A stretch of DNA of 32,345 nucleotides, taken from positions 1 to 32,345 of the forward strand of contig JBDRDL010000039.1 of assembly GCA_043820925.1 (NCBI GenBank), given 5' to 3'. A program made the position numbers and the translations under genes. This document shows, piece by piece, positions 1-8,241 of this stretch (within the stretch, counting starts at the first letter, position 1; every line of letters begins with the position of its first letter). Source of the stretch: Methanobacteriota archaeon (GTDB taxonomy: Archaea > Hydrothermarchaeota > Hydrothermarchaeia > Hydrothermarchaeales > JACRDW01). Under the pieces are notes generated by a model, which was not told where the DNA came from, searched no databases, and saw only the letters and a program-made list of their open reading frames with translations.

Positions 1-258
1 CTCTTCGTCTATGTCCTCGAGTTCTTCGCCCAACTTGGAAAGAATCCCCATTACCTTTGTTACAGGCGTTTCTGTGAGTTGAGAAATCTTAGAGATGGAG
101 AAGCCCTTTTTGTGATAATCTAAAACCATCTCTTCCACGACACCCTTGGCAATGTACTGGCGGGCGACGGCAGAGATTGGAAGGTACCCCTCTTTGGACT
201 TCCTCTTGAGGTATTCTGCAACTTTCTCCGGGAGGGTAACGTTTATATTTGCACCCAT
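1..258 (-). CDS. Putative antitoxin (RHH-like N-terminus + HTH), runs off window start
   Basis: Not in ORF track. ATG at 258 after AGGTGG RBS; translates MGANINVTLPEKVAEYLKRKSKEGYLPISAVARQYIAKGVVEEMVLDYHKKGFSISKISQLTETPVTKVMGILSKLGEELEDIDEE with no stop; directly downstream of PIN gene. Confidence 0.7.
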   Translation of the reverse strand, partial: MGANINVTLPEKVAEYLKRKSKEGYLPISAVARQYIAKGVVEEMVLDYHKKGFSISKISQLTETPVTKVMGILSKLGEELEDIDEE

Positions 259-261
259 TTT

Positions 262-720
262 TCACCACCTTTTGACTCGATCTAAGACTTTTTCGATGTC
301 CTTTTTTCTGATGTAGGTCTCCTTTAAGAGGTTTAGAAAGGATGTGCATCTTGCCTTCGATATCTTTTCTTTTTTGAGCAAAAAAGCCATGAATTGTGGA
401 GTAGTGAAGCACTTTATCTTGTTCATCTTCGCAATCCATCTCAGTAATTTATCGTCAGTTACCAGAGCGCAACTGTTTCTATGTTTGAAGGATAGATTGA
501 TCAGATGCACGTCAGACTCTGATAGGAATATTTTTTTGTTTTTAGGAATATGAGGATTGCTGCTCTCCACTTTTAATATTTCTACTTCTAGATTTATTCC
601 AAGTTCATTTTCTACTTCCATTGCAACGCTATTTATTGTAGCGAGGTTCATCGTCTCTAACATGCTTGCATCTGCCTTTATTATATTTATTAGGAACGTA
701 GCATTTACAATAATTTGCAT
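262..720 (-). CDS. PIN-domain (VapC/DUF3368-like) protein
   Basis: N-terminal IIVNAT (xxVDA-like), LSESD..LI and LVTDDKLLR motifs; adjacent small DNA-binding gene. Confidence 0.7.
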   Translation of the reverse strand: MQIIVNATFLINIIKADASMLETMNLATINSVAMEVENELGINLEVEILKVESSNPHIPKNKKIFLSESDVHLINLSFKHRNSCALVTDDKLLRWIAKMNKIKCFTTPQFMAFLLKKEKISKARCTSFLNLLKETYIRKKDIEKVLDRVKRW

Positions 721-760
721 AATTTATTCATATACTTGGAAATATTTAAAGCTATGGAAT

Positions 761-1576
761 TTAAACCTTACTATAAGCGATGAACTCGTAGTCCAGAAAA
801 GGTCTGCCCCCCCATTTTTCCTTGAACTTTCTGACTCCTTCGTTTATTCCCAAGCCCATGTTTATGTATTTTTTTCCTTTCTCTTGAGCCATTTTTACAA
901 ACTCATTAAACAGCAAATCGCTGGCTCCGGGCACATAGTTTTCTCTGGAAATGAAGCTGAACATATAGAAGGCATAATCCCTGGAAAAATCTATTACGCT
1001 GAATGCAGCTAAGCTGCGATTCTTATCTCTGGCATCGAGGACTATCGCTGTTGGGGAGGAAGAAGTATAAGCAGGAATATTTTCAAATATGTATTTCGTG
1101 CGCTCGTCTGTGCTTCGCATCTTGAGGAGTTCTTGAATCAGCTTGTGGTGCTCTTCTGCTATTTTTCCTCTCTCTACGACCAAATCCTTGGAAGCCCTCG
1201 CAAGCGCATTTCTCAGCTTTTTACTGATTTTGAGAGACCTTAAATCCAGCAGGAAATACTCATCCGATTCAACAATCACTTCCTCAACAGAAGGCAGCTC
1301 TGGAGCAATCACAGCAACATTTTCTGGCTTAAACTTTTCCACAGCCTCTTTTAATGTTTTTTCAAGAATTCTCTCATCGAAATCTATGCCAAGAGGATAG
1401 CCTATGAAAACGAGTTGATTTTTTCCAAAATAGCATAAATAGTTGGAAATCAGGAAGGGCTCGAGCTTGGAAATTGGAACAACGTAGCTAACCATGTGCT
1501 CTGGTATATAAGCATGCTCGAATACAAAGCTTTCCTCGTCTTTACTTAACATGTTGAGCATAAGGCGCAGGGTCAT
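761..1576 (-). CDS. GNAT/FemAB-like acyltransferase-fold protein (DUF2156-like)
   Basis: C-terminal PGASDLLF...GKKYINMGLGINEGVRKFKEKWGG; true start may be at a slightly downstream Met. Confidence 0.65.
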   Translation of the reverse strand: MTLRLMLNMLSKDEESFVFEHAYIPEHMVSYVVPISKLEPFLISNYLCYFGKNQLVFIGYPLGIDFDERILEKTLKEAVEKFKPENVAVIAPELPSVEEVIVESDEYFLLDLRSLKISKKLRNALARASKDLVVERGKIAEEHHKLIQELLKMRSTDERTKYIFENIPAYTSSSPTAIVLDARDKNRSLAAFSVIDFSRDYAFYMFSFISRENYVPGASDLLFNEFVKMAQEKGKKYINMGLGINEGVRKFKEKWGGRPFLDYEFIAYSKV

Positions 1577-2109
1577 AAGTGCTGGCGAATCTGACTTGAT
1601 TCTTCTAAGCGATTCTTCAAAGAGTTCAAAGATCTTTCAACTTTCTTTTCTGTAACTTTTTTAAACTCCTTTTCGACGAGACCAAGCGGGTCAAGAAGCC
1701 TGTAAAAGAGGCGGTCCAAAAGTCCCACGGAGTACTCTGAATTGTATGTTAATTCTGTTTTTTTATGCACTGGTTTCAGCATATACGACTCTTCAATTCT
1801 TATTGGAAAAAAATACAAAAGTTTTGATTCGGATATTCTCCGAAATGCCAATTTTTTGTTCTTGACCCATTCTGTGATCTGATACTCGTCAGAATCTTCC
1901 CCTATTGTTTCCCTAAGCTTTATTAAACTTAAGCGATATCTTTTTGATTTAAAGTGTCTGCGATAGGTCATGCCATTTCCTTTTCCTTCAGAAGTAATTT
2001 CAACTCTTTCTATGCCTTCTATCCAATCTGGTATTTTACGCGGATCTGATATGTAATCGAAAACTTCTTCTGGCAGTGCTTTTATCATTATCTCCTTTTC
2101 TATTTTCAT
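1573..2109 (-). CDS. SRPBCC/START (polyketide cyclase-like) protein
   Basis: MKIEKEIMIKALPEEVFDYISDPRKIPDW signature; start moved to ATG 2109. Confidence 0.8.
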   Translation of the reverse strand: MKIEKEIMIKALPEEVFDYISDPRKIPDWIEGIERVEITSEGKGNGMTYRRHFKSKRYRLSLIKLRETIGEDSDEYQITEWVKNKKLAFRRISESKLLYFFPIRIEESYMLKPVHKKTELTYNSEYSVGLLDRLFYRLLDPLGLVEKEFKKVTEKKVERSLNSLKNRLEESSQIRQHL

Positions 2110-2178
2110 GCTATCTTGCTCAAATAATATGCCAGGCAAGCCCAGTTGCCGGCAGGACTCCTGTCTTAAATACAAGAA

Positions 2179-2616
2179 CTATCCTTCCCACGTCTTCACC
2201 TTCTCTCTCACCGCTAAGACAGGGCAGGGGGCATAGATTATTACTGAAGAGGCCACGCTTCCAAGCAGTCTTTTTGTTACAGATGCACCTCTCGTCCCCA
2301 TGACTATAAGGTCTATATCTTCTTTTTTAGCGACCTTGAGAATAGTATCTGCAGCGTTTCCCTCTTCGACTAAACCCTTAACCTTTAAATTTTCCTTCTT
2401 CGCAGCCCTAACTACCTCTTTAACTGCCGGTTCTCCTACGTCTCTCCTTACAGCCTCTGCCACCCTGTCGGCCAATAGATGAGGCATATCCACAACGAAA
2501 AGAGCTACAACCTCAGCATTTCTTTGCTTTGCTGTGTCCAGAGCAACTTCCACTGCAAGTTTAGCAGCTTTGCTGCCGTCCGTCGGCACTAAAATCTTTT
2601 TGACATTCCATACCAT
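2179..2616 (-). CDS. Universal stress protein (Usp family)
   Basis: KKILVPTDGS...DLIVMGTRG...LLGSVA..V...APCPVL; GGGTGA RBS before ATG 2619/2616. Confidence 0.93.
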   Translation of the reverse strand: MVWNVKKILVPTDGSKAAKLAVEVALDTAKQRNAEVVALFVVDMPHLLADRVAEAVRRDVGEPAVKEVVRAAKKENLKVKGLVEEGNAADTILKVAKKEDIDLIVMGTRGASVTKRLLGSVASSVIIYAPCPVLAVREKVKTWEG

Positions 2617-2650
2617 CATATCACCCTTCATAGCATGGGAAATTATAGTA

Positions 2651-2677
2651 GCAGCAGCATATAAATTCTGCGGTTTA
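2651..2677. repeat. 27-bp direct repeat, copy 1 (flanks TA cassette; contains TATA box of usp)
   Basis: GCAGCAGCATATAAATTCTGCGGTTTA; 26/27 identical to 3425-3451. Confidence 0.9.
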
Positions 2678-2707
2678 CAGGCTTGTTTCAAGGGTGCTGG
2701 GTTTTAT

Positions 2708-3119
2708 CTATCGGGATTCGCTGAGCATTTTTAAAAGGTCTTCTGTGGAGAGCACTTTAACTAACGACTGCCTCTTCAGCGCCTTATCATTTGACCATAT
2801 TCCAATGCCTAATTTTAAAGCCAGCGCAAAGTATTGCACATCGTCCTTGTCCGGAGATATTTTCTTGGCACCTCCGACTGATTCTTTAAACTCTTGCAAG
2901 GGGACAAATTCAACTGCTATCTTGAGCAATTCTAAAGTTAACGAGAACTGTTTCTCGTTTAAACCAAACTTCTCTTTAATTTCTTCTTTGTGCTCTTCGA
3001 GTTCTTTCAATAAAAACTTGGGAGAAAAAAGTTTTACATCCTCTAAATACGATTTCTCTTGCCCTTGATTTTTGATTGAAAAAGGAAAATAGCACATTGG
3101 CATTTGCGACTAAAAGCAT
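2708..3119 (-). pseudogene. PIN-domain toxin, frameshifted
   Basis: ATG 3119 gives MLLVANANVLFSFFNQKSRAREIVF, then the frame shifts near 3045 into LEDVKLFSPKFLLKELEEHK...PDKDDVQYFALALKLGIGIWSNDKAL (PIN motifs). Confidence 0.75.
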
Positions 3120-3353
3120 TCAAATCAACTTCAGTTCATTCGAGCCTGCTTTTTTGAACTTCTTCGAGAACTCGATAACTTCCGCTTCGCTCAGCTGCTT
3201 TGCTCCTTTCATTAACTCATCGAAAAATTTGACCAGCATTTTCTTTTTGGCTTCTAACTCTACGATTTTACATAATTTGCGTTCTATTTCTAATTTCTCA
3301 GCTTCCAATTCCTTGGGGAGCGGTATCACAACCGTAGCTTTTTTCAATGCCAT
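3120..3353 (-). CDS. Putative antitoxin, small helical protein
   Basis: MALKKATVVIPLPKELE...; 77 aa; TGA stop abuts PIN ATG. Confidence 0.65.
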   Translation of the reverse strand: MALKKATVVIPLPKELEAEKLEIERKLCKIVELEAKKKMLVKFFDELMKGAKQLSEAEVIEFSKKFKKAGSNELKLI

Positions 3354-3424
3354 ATGTAATACTCCAAGAGTGGCGTATTTAAACATTTCTAAATTTACTT
3401 CCTTCCACCCCATTTTATTTGGCG

Positions 3425-3451
3425 GCAGCAGCATATAAATTCTGCGATTTA
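3425..3451. repeat. 27-bp direct repeat, copy 2 (includes antiporter stop codon)
   Basis: GCAGCAGCATATAAATTCTGCGATTTA. Confidence 0.9.
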
Positions 3452-4378
3452 GCCGAGTACCAGTAACTTGTACCACCAGATTATACCAATGAGAACGAGC
3501 AGCAGCCCCTCTTTTCTTGATACTATCCAGCCTGTCTTCATTAGAATAGTTACCAATATAACGCTTCCCACCATTATAAATATGTCAAACCTCGCAGCAA
3601 TATCGAATGACATACGGGTTAGCATTCCGGCAAAACCTATAACTCCGAATATGTTGAAAATGTTGCTCCCTATTAAATTGCCCGCAGATATAGCATAACG
3701 TTTCTTTATCACCGCCGCCATTGAAACAGCTAACTCGGGCACAGAGGTGCCAAAGGCAACGAGGGTGACTCCAATGACCCACTCCGAAATACCCACCGCC
3801 CGAGCAATAGCAACCGATGAGGAGACGAGAAGGTGAGCACCAATGATAACGCCTGCCAAGCCAATAACCAACAAGATTGCATCAGACCATTTTGCCTTCT
3901 CGGCTGGAATCTCAGCCTCTTCAGGCACATCCCTCTCCCAAGCAAGGAACCCTACGTAAAGAATCAAACACAAAAACAAGATAATCCCCTCTGCCCTTCC
4001 GATAGTGAGGTTGTATATGAAAGCGAATACGATGAGGGTTCCAAGGAACATAAAAAGACAATCGCGCTTGACGAGCTTTTCAGTGGTAATTACGGGGCGG
4101 ACAATGGCAACCAAACCAAAGATTATCAATATGTTAAAAATATTTGAACCCACAACGTTTGCGACAGCTATGTTTCCCATGCCTCTGAGCGCCGCACTGA
4201 GAGAAACAGCAAACTCTGGCGCAGAGGTACCAAAAGCAACGATAGTAAGCCCGATTACGAGCTGAGAGACGTGAAATCTAAATGCAATCTTTGCAGCCGA
4301 ATCGACTAACCAATCAGCACTCTTAGCAATCACCAATATCGATATGCCGACTATTAAAAAATCCAAGGTTAAGGTCAT
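3449..4378 (-). CDS. Ca2+/Na+ antiporter (CaCA, YrbG-like)
   Basis: Two alpha repeats GTSAPEF...GSNIFN and GTSVPEL...GSNIFN; about 10 TM helices. Confidence 0.93.
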   Translation of the reverse strand: MTLTLDFLIVGISILVIAKSADWLVDSAAKIAFRFHVSQLVIGLTIVAFGTSAPEFAVSLSAALRGMGNIAVANVVGSNIFNILIIFGLVAIVRPVITTEKLVKRDCLFMFLGTLIVFAFIYNLTIGRAEGIILFLCLILYVGFLAWERDVPEEAEIPAEKAKWSDAILLVIGLAGVIIGAHLLVSSSVAIARAVGISEWVIGVTLVAFGTSVPELAVSMAAVIKKRYAISAGNLIGSNIFNIFGVIGFAGMLTRMSFDIAARFDIFIMVGSVILVTILMKTGWIVSRKEGLLLVLIGIIWWYKLLVLG

Positions 4379-4403
4379 AATTATCTCTTCCTAACTTTAA
4401 CAT

Positions 4404-4435
4404 AAAAAAAGAAAAAGAGGGGTTGGGAAACCCCT
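4404..4435 (-). terminator. Hairpin + U-tract downstream of the sulfate exporter gene
   Basis: Minus strand AGGGGTT-TCCC-AACCCCT followed by CTTTTTCTTTTTTT. Confidence 0.6.
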
Positions 4436-4469
4436 TAGACTTTCGTAACTCCTGATATCTCTTTTTTCC

Positions 4470-5762
4470 TTAGTATGGCGCTGGCCACAATATGCCTCCC
4501 CAGATTAGATATGCCAGGACCAGGGTAAAGGCTATATTGAACAATTGAGCCACTGTAAATACTATAGCAGGTTTTCCTGCACCAAGCTTTAAGATATCCA
4601 TTACTTTTGTCTCCAGTCCAATGCATACGAAGGCAAGGCAGAAGAACCAGCCTCTAGCTACCTCGGTTACGCCCTTTATTATGGCGCTTGTCGCCTTAGC
4701 ACCTATTCCGGGAACCAATACCAGCGAAAACAGCATGGACGCCAGAATAAATCCAAGGATAAACTTCGGGAATCTGAACCATATTTCATAGGCACTCGGC
4801 CTCTCTTCTTCTGGTTTTCTCTCTACCTTGAGGACAAAGTAGAGGGCGATTCCTAATGCAGCTATTGATATCAGCAGATTTTGAGCCATCTTGACGATAG
4901 CAGCAATTTCCATCGCTACAGGGCTGTGTATTACACCGGCTGCCACAACCGCAGGTGTGGTATCAATCGTGCCGCCTATCCATGCACCAGCAACAGCGGG
5001 CGGCATGCCCACTATTTTGGCAATGGCCGGCATGATTACCAGCATCGGTATTGCCATCAGCAGGACCAGCGATATCGTATAACTTATCTCCTTTGGGTCT
5101 CCCTTACAGGCACCTCCAGCAGCAATTGCAGCGGAAACACCGCAGATAGATACAGCGCTTGAGAGTATCACTGCCAAAGACTTTTTCAGTCCAGCCCACA
5201 TAGCGAAGTAGAAACAGGCGTACCATACTACCAAGACGACGAGAAGAGCCTGCAGCATGGCATAAGGTCCCGCTTGCAGAATTTGGTGAAAGAGAATCCT
5301 AGCTCCTAACAGCACAAGACCAATCTTTATGAACATCTCGGTTCTCACTGCGGGCATAACCCATTTTGGGGTGCCAACTGTATTGCTTATCAAAAGACCG
5401 AGCACCAGTGCCCAGAGTGCGTATGCTAAGCCCCAGCTAACAATAGTTTTCTGGTGTGAAAAGAGCATTGCCAGGAAAGCAATGAAAAAAACCAACGTAA
5501 AGCCTGTCCAGTACTCCTTTATATTCTTTCCTGCTCCTCTTATCGCCAGCGTCGTTATTATAAGAATTCCCAGACCCACCAGTGCATAACCCCATAGCAG
5601 GTTGGGCGAGAGGGCAGCGCCTATATCTATCCATTTTCCAACCTTGGGCACCTTTGTAACAATGCCTGCTATACCTAAAAACATTATAAAGAATCCAAGC
5701 CACACTGCCCACCAGTCTTCACTCTTCCACAAAGACGACCAATTTATTTTTTCCTCGGCCAT
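4470..5762 (-). CDS. Putative sulfate exporter family transporter (YeiH/UPF0324)
   Basis: SEDWWAVW start, IKIGLVLLGA, SICGVSAAIA, GAWIGGTIDTT, VKM motifs; GGAGGTG RBS. Confidence 0.88.
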   Translation of the reverse strand: MAEEKINWSSLWKSEDWWAVWLGFFIMFLGIAGIVTKVPKVGKWIDIGAALSPNLLWGYALVGLGILIITTLAIRGAGKNIKEYWTGFTLVFFIAFLAMLFSHQKTIVSWGLAYALWALVLGLLISNTVGTPKWVMPAVRTEMFIKIGLVLLGARILFHQILQAGPYAMLQALLVVLVVWYACFYFAMWAGLKKSLAVILSSAVSICGVSAAIAAGGACKGDPKEISYTISLVLLMAIPMLVIMPAIAKIVGMPPAVAGAWIGGTIDTTPAVVAAGVIHSPVAMEIAAIVKMAQNLLISIAALGIALYFVLKVERKPEEERPSAYEIWFRFPKFILGFILASMLFSLVLVPGIGAKATSAIIKGVTEVARGWFFCLAFVCIGLETKVMDILKLGAGKPAIVFTVAQLFNIAFTLVLAYLIWGGILWPAPY

Positions 5763-5798
5763 CCAAACACCTCCGTTCATCTATATGGAAGCAACCAG

Positions 5799-5840
5799 TA
5801 TATTTATAGTTTATGGTGTTGTGCACAGCGTATGCACAAC
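5799..5840 (-). promoter_or_regulatory. TATA box with upstream inverted-repeat operator
   Basis: TATAAATATA (minus, ~5799-5808); perfect GTTGTGCA-N7-TGCACAAC at 5818-5840. Confidence 0.6.
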
Positions 5841-5846
5841 CGCAGT

Positions 5847-6902
5847 CTAAGGTCTTTTACCCAAGGTAACATTTACAAATTTCTGCTCTCCGTCCCTTAT
5901 AAAACCCATCTCGACTGAATCGCCCACGCTGCGGGTGCCGAGGTGCTGGACTATATCCACCATTTCTTTCACTTTCCTTCCGTCTATCGAGGTTATCACG
6001 TCGCCTTCCTTCAAGCCAGCCTTTTCTGCAGGACTTCCCGATACCACGCTCGCAATTAGCACTCCTTCGGTTAAGTCTTTTCCAGAAATTCCGAGCCAGG
6101 GATGCGCCACGCTTCCTTTTTCGATTAACTGCTTCATTACTCTCTTTGCGGTGTTTATCGGAATAGCAAATCCTATTCCTACAGAGCCCTGTACAGGAGA
6201 GAATATGGCTGTGTTGATTCCTATTACCTCGCCCCTGGAATTTACTAAAGGACCTCCCGAGTTGCCTGGATTAATCGAAGCATCTGTCTGAATCACGTTT
6301 ACGATTATGTATCCCTCGTCGGTTATTAAAGTTCTGTTCAGGGCGCTTATTACTCCTGCTGTTATGGTCCCGTCCAGACGGAAGGGATTCCCTATTGCGA
6401 TTGCACGCATTCCTGCCCGAAGGGCATCTGAATCTCCGAGAGCAGCGACCTTCAGAGCACGTGTGGGAGCAATCTTTATCACCGCCAAGTCAGTGCTCGG
6501 GTCAGTACCTACCAGAGCAGCATCTTTTTCAGTACCGTCAGGTAGGACAACTTTTATGAACTTTGCATTTTCTATTACATGATTATTTGTTAGTATGTAT
6601 CCCTCGGGGCTGACGATGACGCCAGAGCCCACGCCCTCCCGTGGAACGACTTCCATGAAAAAGTTCCTCGTCAGCACAGTCGAAGCTATGTGCACGACTG
6701 AAGGCGCAACCTTGTCGTAGGCGCTGATTATAATTTCTTCCTCTACATCTACACCTGCGCCTACTACTTCAACCGGCTTCACTATCTCCATGGTTTTCTG
6801 ACCAAATCCAAAGTAGCTAACTGCCCCTAAAATAAGCACTCCGCTCAGCAGCCCGCTGAGCACTCCAACTAGAGCATAAGATGCAAAAGAACCTCTTTCC
6901 AT
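5847..6902 (-). CDS. htrA: HtrA/DegP-like serine protease with PDZ domain, N-terminal TM
   Basis: GSGVIV, TNNHV, DLAV, QTDASINPGNSGGPL, C-terminal PDZ. Confidence 0.95.
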   Translation of the reverse strand: MERGSFASYALVGVLSGLLSGVLILGAVSYFGFGQKTMEIVKPVEVVGAGVDVEEEIIISAYDKVAPSVVHIASTVLTRNFFMEVVPREGVGSGVIVSPEGYILTNNHVIENAKFIKVVLPDGTEKDAALVGTDPSTDLAVIKIAPTRALKVAALGDSDALRAGMRAIAIGNPFRLDGTITAGVISALNRTLITDEGYIIVNVIQTDASINPGNSGGPLVNSRGEVIGINTAIFSPVQGSVGIGFAIPINTAKRVMKQLIEKGSVAHPWLGISGKDLTEGVLIASVVSGSPAEKAGLKEGDVITSIDGRKVKEMVDIVQHLGTRSVGDSVEMGFIRDGEQKFVNVTLGKRP

Positions 6903-6929
6903 GCCTAACCCCTTTTTTCTTTTAAAAAG

Positions 6930-7361
6930 TTAACGACTGGTATTACTTCCATACTTCTCGTCCATCCTCTGCCTTATCTCATTGAGAGATAAACCGTCGA
7001 TATACCACTTATAAGCATCCAGCGCTTCGTTTATGCATGCGTCGCAGTAAACCGCACGTTCTGTAAATCTTCCCTCGCCGTCGAGGAAGCAGCCCAGCAA
7101 ACTCTTGCACCCGCAGTAGCACGGCAGCTTTTCGAGCACCTCTGGAATTTTAGTTGCTATCGTATATGCCTCAAAGGTTTTCTGATTACGGTACGCATAG
7201 TCTGGCAGAGGAATTGAAGATTTTTGCCTTGCACCCATCGAGCCCCCACTCAAAAGTGCATAGGCTGCGACTGCGCTGACGAATATGAATATCGTAAAAA
7301 ATATGAATGCATAATTCGGCTTTTCTTTTTTCGCTACTCTCTTGGGCTTTACCATATCCAT
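6930..7361 (-). CDS. PCYCGC-motif membrane-anchored protein
   Basis: N-terminal TM; LPCYCGC...CF...CDAC...EIRQRMDEKY. Confidence 0.85.
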   Translation of the reverse strand: MDMVKPKRVAKKEKPNYAFIFFTIFIFVSAVAAYALLSGGSMGARQKSSIPLPDYAYRNQKTFEAYTIATKIPEVLEKLPCYCGCKSLLGCFLDGEGRFTERAVYCDACINEALDAYKWYIDGLSLNEIRQRMDEKYGSNTSR

Positions 7362-7387
7362 TTACTCCTTACTTAGCGTTATCAAAA

Positions 7388-8086
7388 TTATAAAATTGGC
7401 GGAGCATACGGAAGCAGCAGCTTCTGTACGTACCTGTCTATGCCAAAGAGCATTGCAGCTCCAGCGAGAATCAGAACCCAGCCAGCAATTTTCCTTATCA
7501 GCACCGAGTTTCGATTGACCCATTCGACTTTGCCTGCCGTGTATTTGCCGCCGTACGCTATTGCGAGCATCGGTAAGCCAATGCCGATCGAGTATGCCAG
7601 CAGCAGTACCGAGCCGTTCAGCAGGTTCCCCTGCACCGCCGCATACGCAAGTACAGAGCCGAGAATCGGTCCAACGCAGGGAATCCATACTATTCCCAAA
7701 GACATGCCCAGAACAAATGCTCCGAACAGGGAGTCTTTTGAACCCCTGCTAATCCCTGACCCGAAAAAAATATTCACAAGCCTGGAAGAATACTTTGTAT
7801 AAATCTCGTCTATTCCTTCATCCACCATGACCGCACCGAAGCCGATGACAGCGGCAATGAAAATGAATCTAAGATAATCTATAAATCCTGATGCAGCTAA
7901 ACCTATTGCAGAAAACAAGCCGCCCATGAAAGTGAAAGTTACTGCACTGCCCAAAACTATGAGCAGCGGACGCAGCCTGTGCCCGACGCTGCCGGCAAGC
8001 ATTGGAGGCAGAATCGGTATAACACAGGGCGTTGCGATTGTAAGCACTCCTGCGAGAAAAACCAAGAATATCGAAGGCTCGCTCAT
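7388..8086 (-). CDS. ccdA: Cytochrome c biogenesis protein CcdA (DsbD-beta)
   Basis: TPCVIPILP and WIPCVGPILGSVL redox Cys motifs; 6 TM. Confidence 0.92.
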   Translation of the reverse strand: MSEPSIFLVFLAGVLTIATPCVIPILPPMLAGSVGHRLRPLLIVLGSAVTFTFMGGLFSAIGLAASGFIDYLRFIFIAAVIGFGAVMVDEGIDEIYTKYSSRLVNIFFGSGISRGSKDSLFGAFVLGMSLGIVWIPCVGPILGSVLAYAAVQGNLLNGSVLLLAYSIGIGLPMLAIAYGGKYTAGKVEWVNRNSVLIRKIAGWVLILAGAAMLFGIDRYVQKLLLPYAPPIL

Positions 8087-8241
8087 TTTCGAACACTCCT
8101 TTTGTCAGCTCTCCTCGCTATCGCTCGTCGCCCGACACTGACAAGCAGTGAGCGCAACTCAGTCGTTCTCGACCCTTGCGTGAGCAAGTACATCGCCTTT
8201 GCGCCTACCTTCGGTAGAGAAAGCTGAGCTTCGCTCATTTT
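8079..8241. mobile_element. Small structured insertion between ccmF and ccdA with 11-bp flanking duplication
   Basis: TCGCTCATTTT at 8079-8089 and 8231-8241; shares TTGCGCCTACCTT(A)CGGTA with the ccmF insert. Confidence 0.6.
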
